64,000 nt of DNA from Squalus acanthias (Eukaryota), in the NCBI GenBank assembly GCA_030390025.1, contig CM059431.1:151406001-151470000 (forward strand). The letters run 5' to 3'. Both the position numbers and the translations under genes were made by a program. Below, one piece after another: positions 61,310 to 64,000 of the stretch. Under the pieces are notes generated by a model. The model was given only the letters and a program-made list of their open reading frames with translations, had not been told where the DNA came from and ran no database searches. The stretch's first letter is position 1, and each line of letters begins with the position of its first letter.

Positions 61310-62665
61310 AAGAAAGACACGCATTTTACACGACCTTTCACGACCTCAGGACATCCTCAACACTTTGCACCAAATCAAGAGCTTTTGAAGTGCAGTCTCT
61401 GTTGTAATGTAGCCAATTGTTCTGTCCCACGAACAGCAATGCGGTCCTCTGTTTCAGTGCGGCTGGTTGAGGGTTAAATGTTGTCCAGGATAACCTACTC
61501 TTCCAATAGCGCCATATCATCTTTTACGTCCCCAAGAGAGGGCAGACGGGCCTCGGTTTAAAATCTCATCCGAAAAATGGAACCTCCGATACTGCAGCGC
61601 TCCATCAGTCCTGCCACTCCGAAAGTGCAGCGCTCCCTCAGTACTGCCTCTCCGACAGTGCATTGCTCCCTCAGAACTGCCCCTGCAACAGTGCAGCGCT
61701 CCCTCAGTAATGCCCCTCCGACTGCAGCGCACCCTCAGAACTGCCACTGCAATAGTGCAGCGGTCCCTCAGTTATGCCCTTCCGACAGTGTAGCGCTCCC
61801 TCAGTACGGCCCCTCCGACTGTGCAGCGCACCCTCAGTACTGCCCCTCCGACATTGCGGTGCTCCATCAGAACTGTCTCTGCTACAGTGCAGCGCTCCCT
61901 CAGTCCTGCCCCTCCGACTGGGGCGCTCCCTCAGAACTGCCACTGCAGCAGGGCAGCGCTCCCTCAGTACTGCCCCACCAATAGTGCAGCGTTTTCTCGG
62001 TACTGCCCGTCCGACTGTGCAGCGCTCCCTCAGTACTGCCCCTCCGATAGTGCAGTGCTCCCTCAGTACTGCCCCTCCGACAGTGCAGCGCTGCCTCAGT
62101 ACTGCCCCTCCGACAGTGCAGTTCTCCCCCAGTACTGTCCCTCCGACAGTGCAGCGCACCCTCAGTACTGCATCTCCGACAGTGCAGCGCTCCCTCAGTC
62201 CTGCCCCTCCGACTGCGGCGCTCCCTCAGAACTGCCACTGCAATTGTGCAGCGCTCCCTCAGTACTGCCCCTCCAACAGTGCAGCGCTCCCTCAGTACTG
62301 CTGCACCGACTGTGCAGTGCCTCCTAAGTACTGCCCCTCCGACAGTGCAGCGCTCCCTCAGTCCTGACCCTTCGACAGTGCAGCGCTCCCTCAGTAATGC
62401 CCCTGCGACTGTTCAGCGCTCCCTCAGTACTGCCCCTTCAATAGTGCAGCGCTCCCTCAGTACTGTCCTTCCGACAGTGCAGCGCTTACTCAGTTCAGCC
62501 CCTCCAACAGTGTGGCGCTCCCTCAGAGCTGCCCCTGTTACAGTGCAGCGCACCCTCAGTACTGGAATTGGAATTTTTGTCCAGACATTATGCTTACGTT
62601 TCTGGATAGGGGCTTGAACCCACAACCTTCTCATTCAGAGGAGACCCGCTGAGCCACCGCTGACA
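61310..62665 (-). repeat. Intronic Deu-domain SINE with 33-bp minisatellite (~61580-62565)
   Basis: Paralog of 41330-42845, same unit, different array composition. Confidence 0.9.
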
Positions 62666-62844
62666 CCATACAAGGCCAAGTTTTTTTTAAGCTTTCTAAT
62701 CCTTTGACAAGGATCCATGTTTATCCCACAATAGAACAGTCGGTGGAAAGTCGCGGAACATTGATCAAACATGTCTTTTTCTTTAATTCTGAGTATAATA
62801 TGATCAGACACTTGCTCTTATCATTCGGTTTCTCTTTCTTGCAG

Positions 62845-63749
62845 CGAATTTTGTGACCATTGTCATCCTGTGCCGAGGCAAATGTGGTCTCACGAAGTCG
62901 GTCACTCTCTACTTGTTGACCATGTCTCTCTCGGATCTCCTCGTCATCTCCTTTTTCGTTATATTTGATTACCTCGCCTATTTCCACGTCGCATCTTTAG
63001 TATTTTTTTCTACGGCCGTCTGTACTGTCAACGAGTTCATGAAATCTGCCTTCATGGACTGTTCCGTTTGGTCCACGGTTGCTTTCACCTTCGATCGTTT
63101 CGTGGCTATCTGTCACCAGGGGCTCAAAGCCAAATATTGTACCTTGAGAATGGTGGCCACCGTCCTCGCGACCATCTGGGTGGTGAGCATCCTGAGGAAC
63201 ATCCCCGAATTGTTGAAATACGAGCCTATCGTCACGAAAGACCATCAAGGGTGGGGCTGCCGAGTGAGATTCACCTTTGATTATCTATTGGCATGGGTCA
63301 TCTTTGACTGGGTCCATCACCTACTGACGCCGCTCATTCCATACCTCTCCATCCTCCTCTTCAACTGCCTCACCGTCAAGCACATCTTGGCGGCCAGTTT
63401 GGCCCGGAGGAGAATCCGGAGTCAAACCGGCACCAGCGATGTCGAGATGAGAAACCGGAGAAAATCTATCATTCTGCTCTTCAGCATATCGGCTAGCTTC
63501 ATCCTGCTGTGGATGCCCAATGTAATTCGTTTCACCCTGGACCGAATTGCCAAGCTTTATTACAGCCCGGCTGACTTTACACACCCCTTGGCCATTCTCC
63601 GCCAGACTGGAAACATGTTGATGCTTCTGAGTTCGTGTGTCAATACGTTTATTTATGCCTTGACTCAAACTAAGTTCAGGAAAGAGCTGCTGAATGGGCT
63701 GATATTTCCTTTTGCTGTGATTGCTAAGTTAGTTAAATTAGTTCAGTGA
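62845..63749 (+). CDS. GPCR copy 3, coding exon 2; intact class A 7TM receptor, GPR139/GPR142-like (324 aa spliced)
   Basis: Acceptor TTTCTCTTTCTTGCAG; G+CG gives IGIPANFVTIVIL; LSDLLV (TM2), TFDRFVAICH (DRY equivalent), FILLWMP (TM6), NTFIY (NPxxY equivalent); no stops. Confidence 0.9.
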
Positions 63750-64000
63750 TGTGAACATCAGAATATCCCTGAGGTTTTCCCACCTATAAACCATTGATCT
63801 GTACATGGGCTTCAGCAACGGGTGCCTGTAGCTGCTTCCTCTCAAAATTTAGCCGTTTGCATCCTGTGCACTCAGCTACTTCCCCTCTTAGACTCAGAGC
63901 ACATTACAGCCCAGCCAGAGGCCGTTCAGCCCATCCTTTCTGTTCCCTGCTCTACCTAGTTATTTCCACACTCCCTTGCTCTTTCCCCAAAGCCCAGCAA

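Overview
Repeat-dense vertebrate DNA, most likely from a cartilaginous fish (inferred from the HE1-like V-SINE, Deu-domain SINEs, CR1 dominance and a GPR139/142-like receptor family). The backbone is a tandemly duplicated ~17-20 kb cassette holding a two-exon class A GPCR, several decayed tRNA-Lys(UUU) copies, SINEs, minisatellites and old CR1/L2 fragments. One GPCR copy is intact (59796-59865 spliced to 62845-63749, 324 aa) and two are dead. Paralogous cassette copies supply empty sites that define later insertions exactly. These are: a 4.6 kb Neptune-like Penelope element built as a 1.76 kb inverted repeat with hammerhead ribozymes; smaller Penelope-derived insertions; a Harbinger-like MITE; young CR1 pieces; and an apparently full-length 7.1 kb Tx1 LINE. 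The most striking unexplained signals concern the Tx1. Its ~1 kb 5' leader can fold into a long nested multi-helix RNA and has only one ATG, and it is inserted with a 15-bp TSD into the conserved 3' hairpin of a Penelope-derived element, so it is a candidate retrotransposon that targets another retrotransposon. All coordinates were read by eye and no searches were run.
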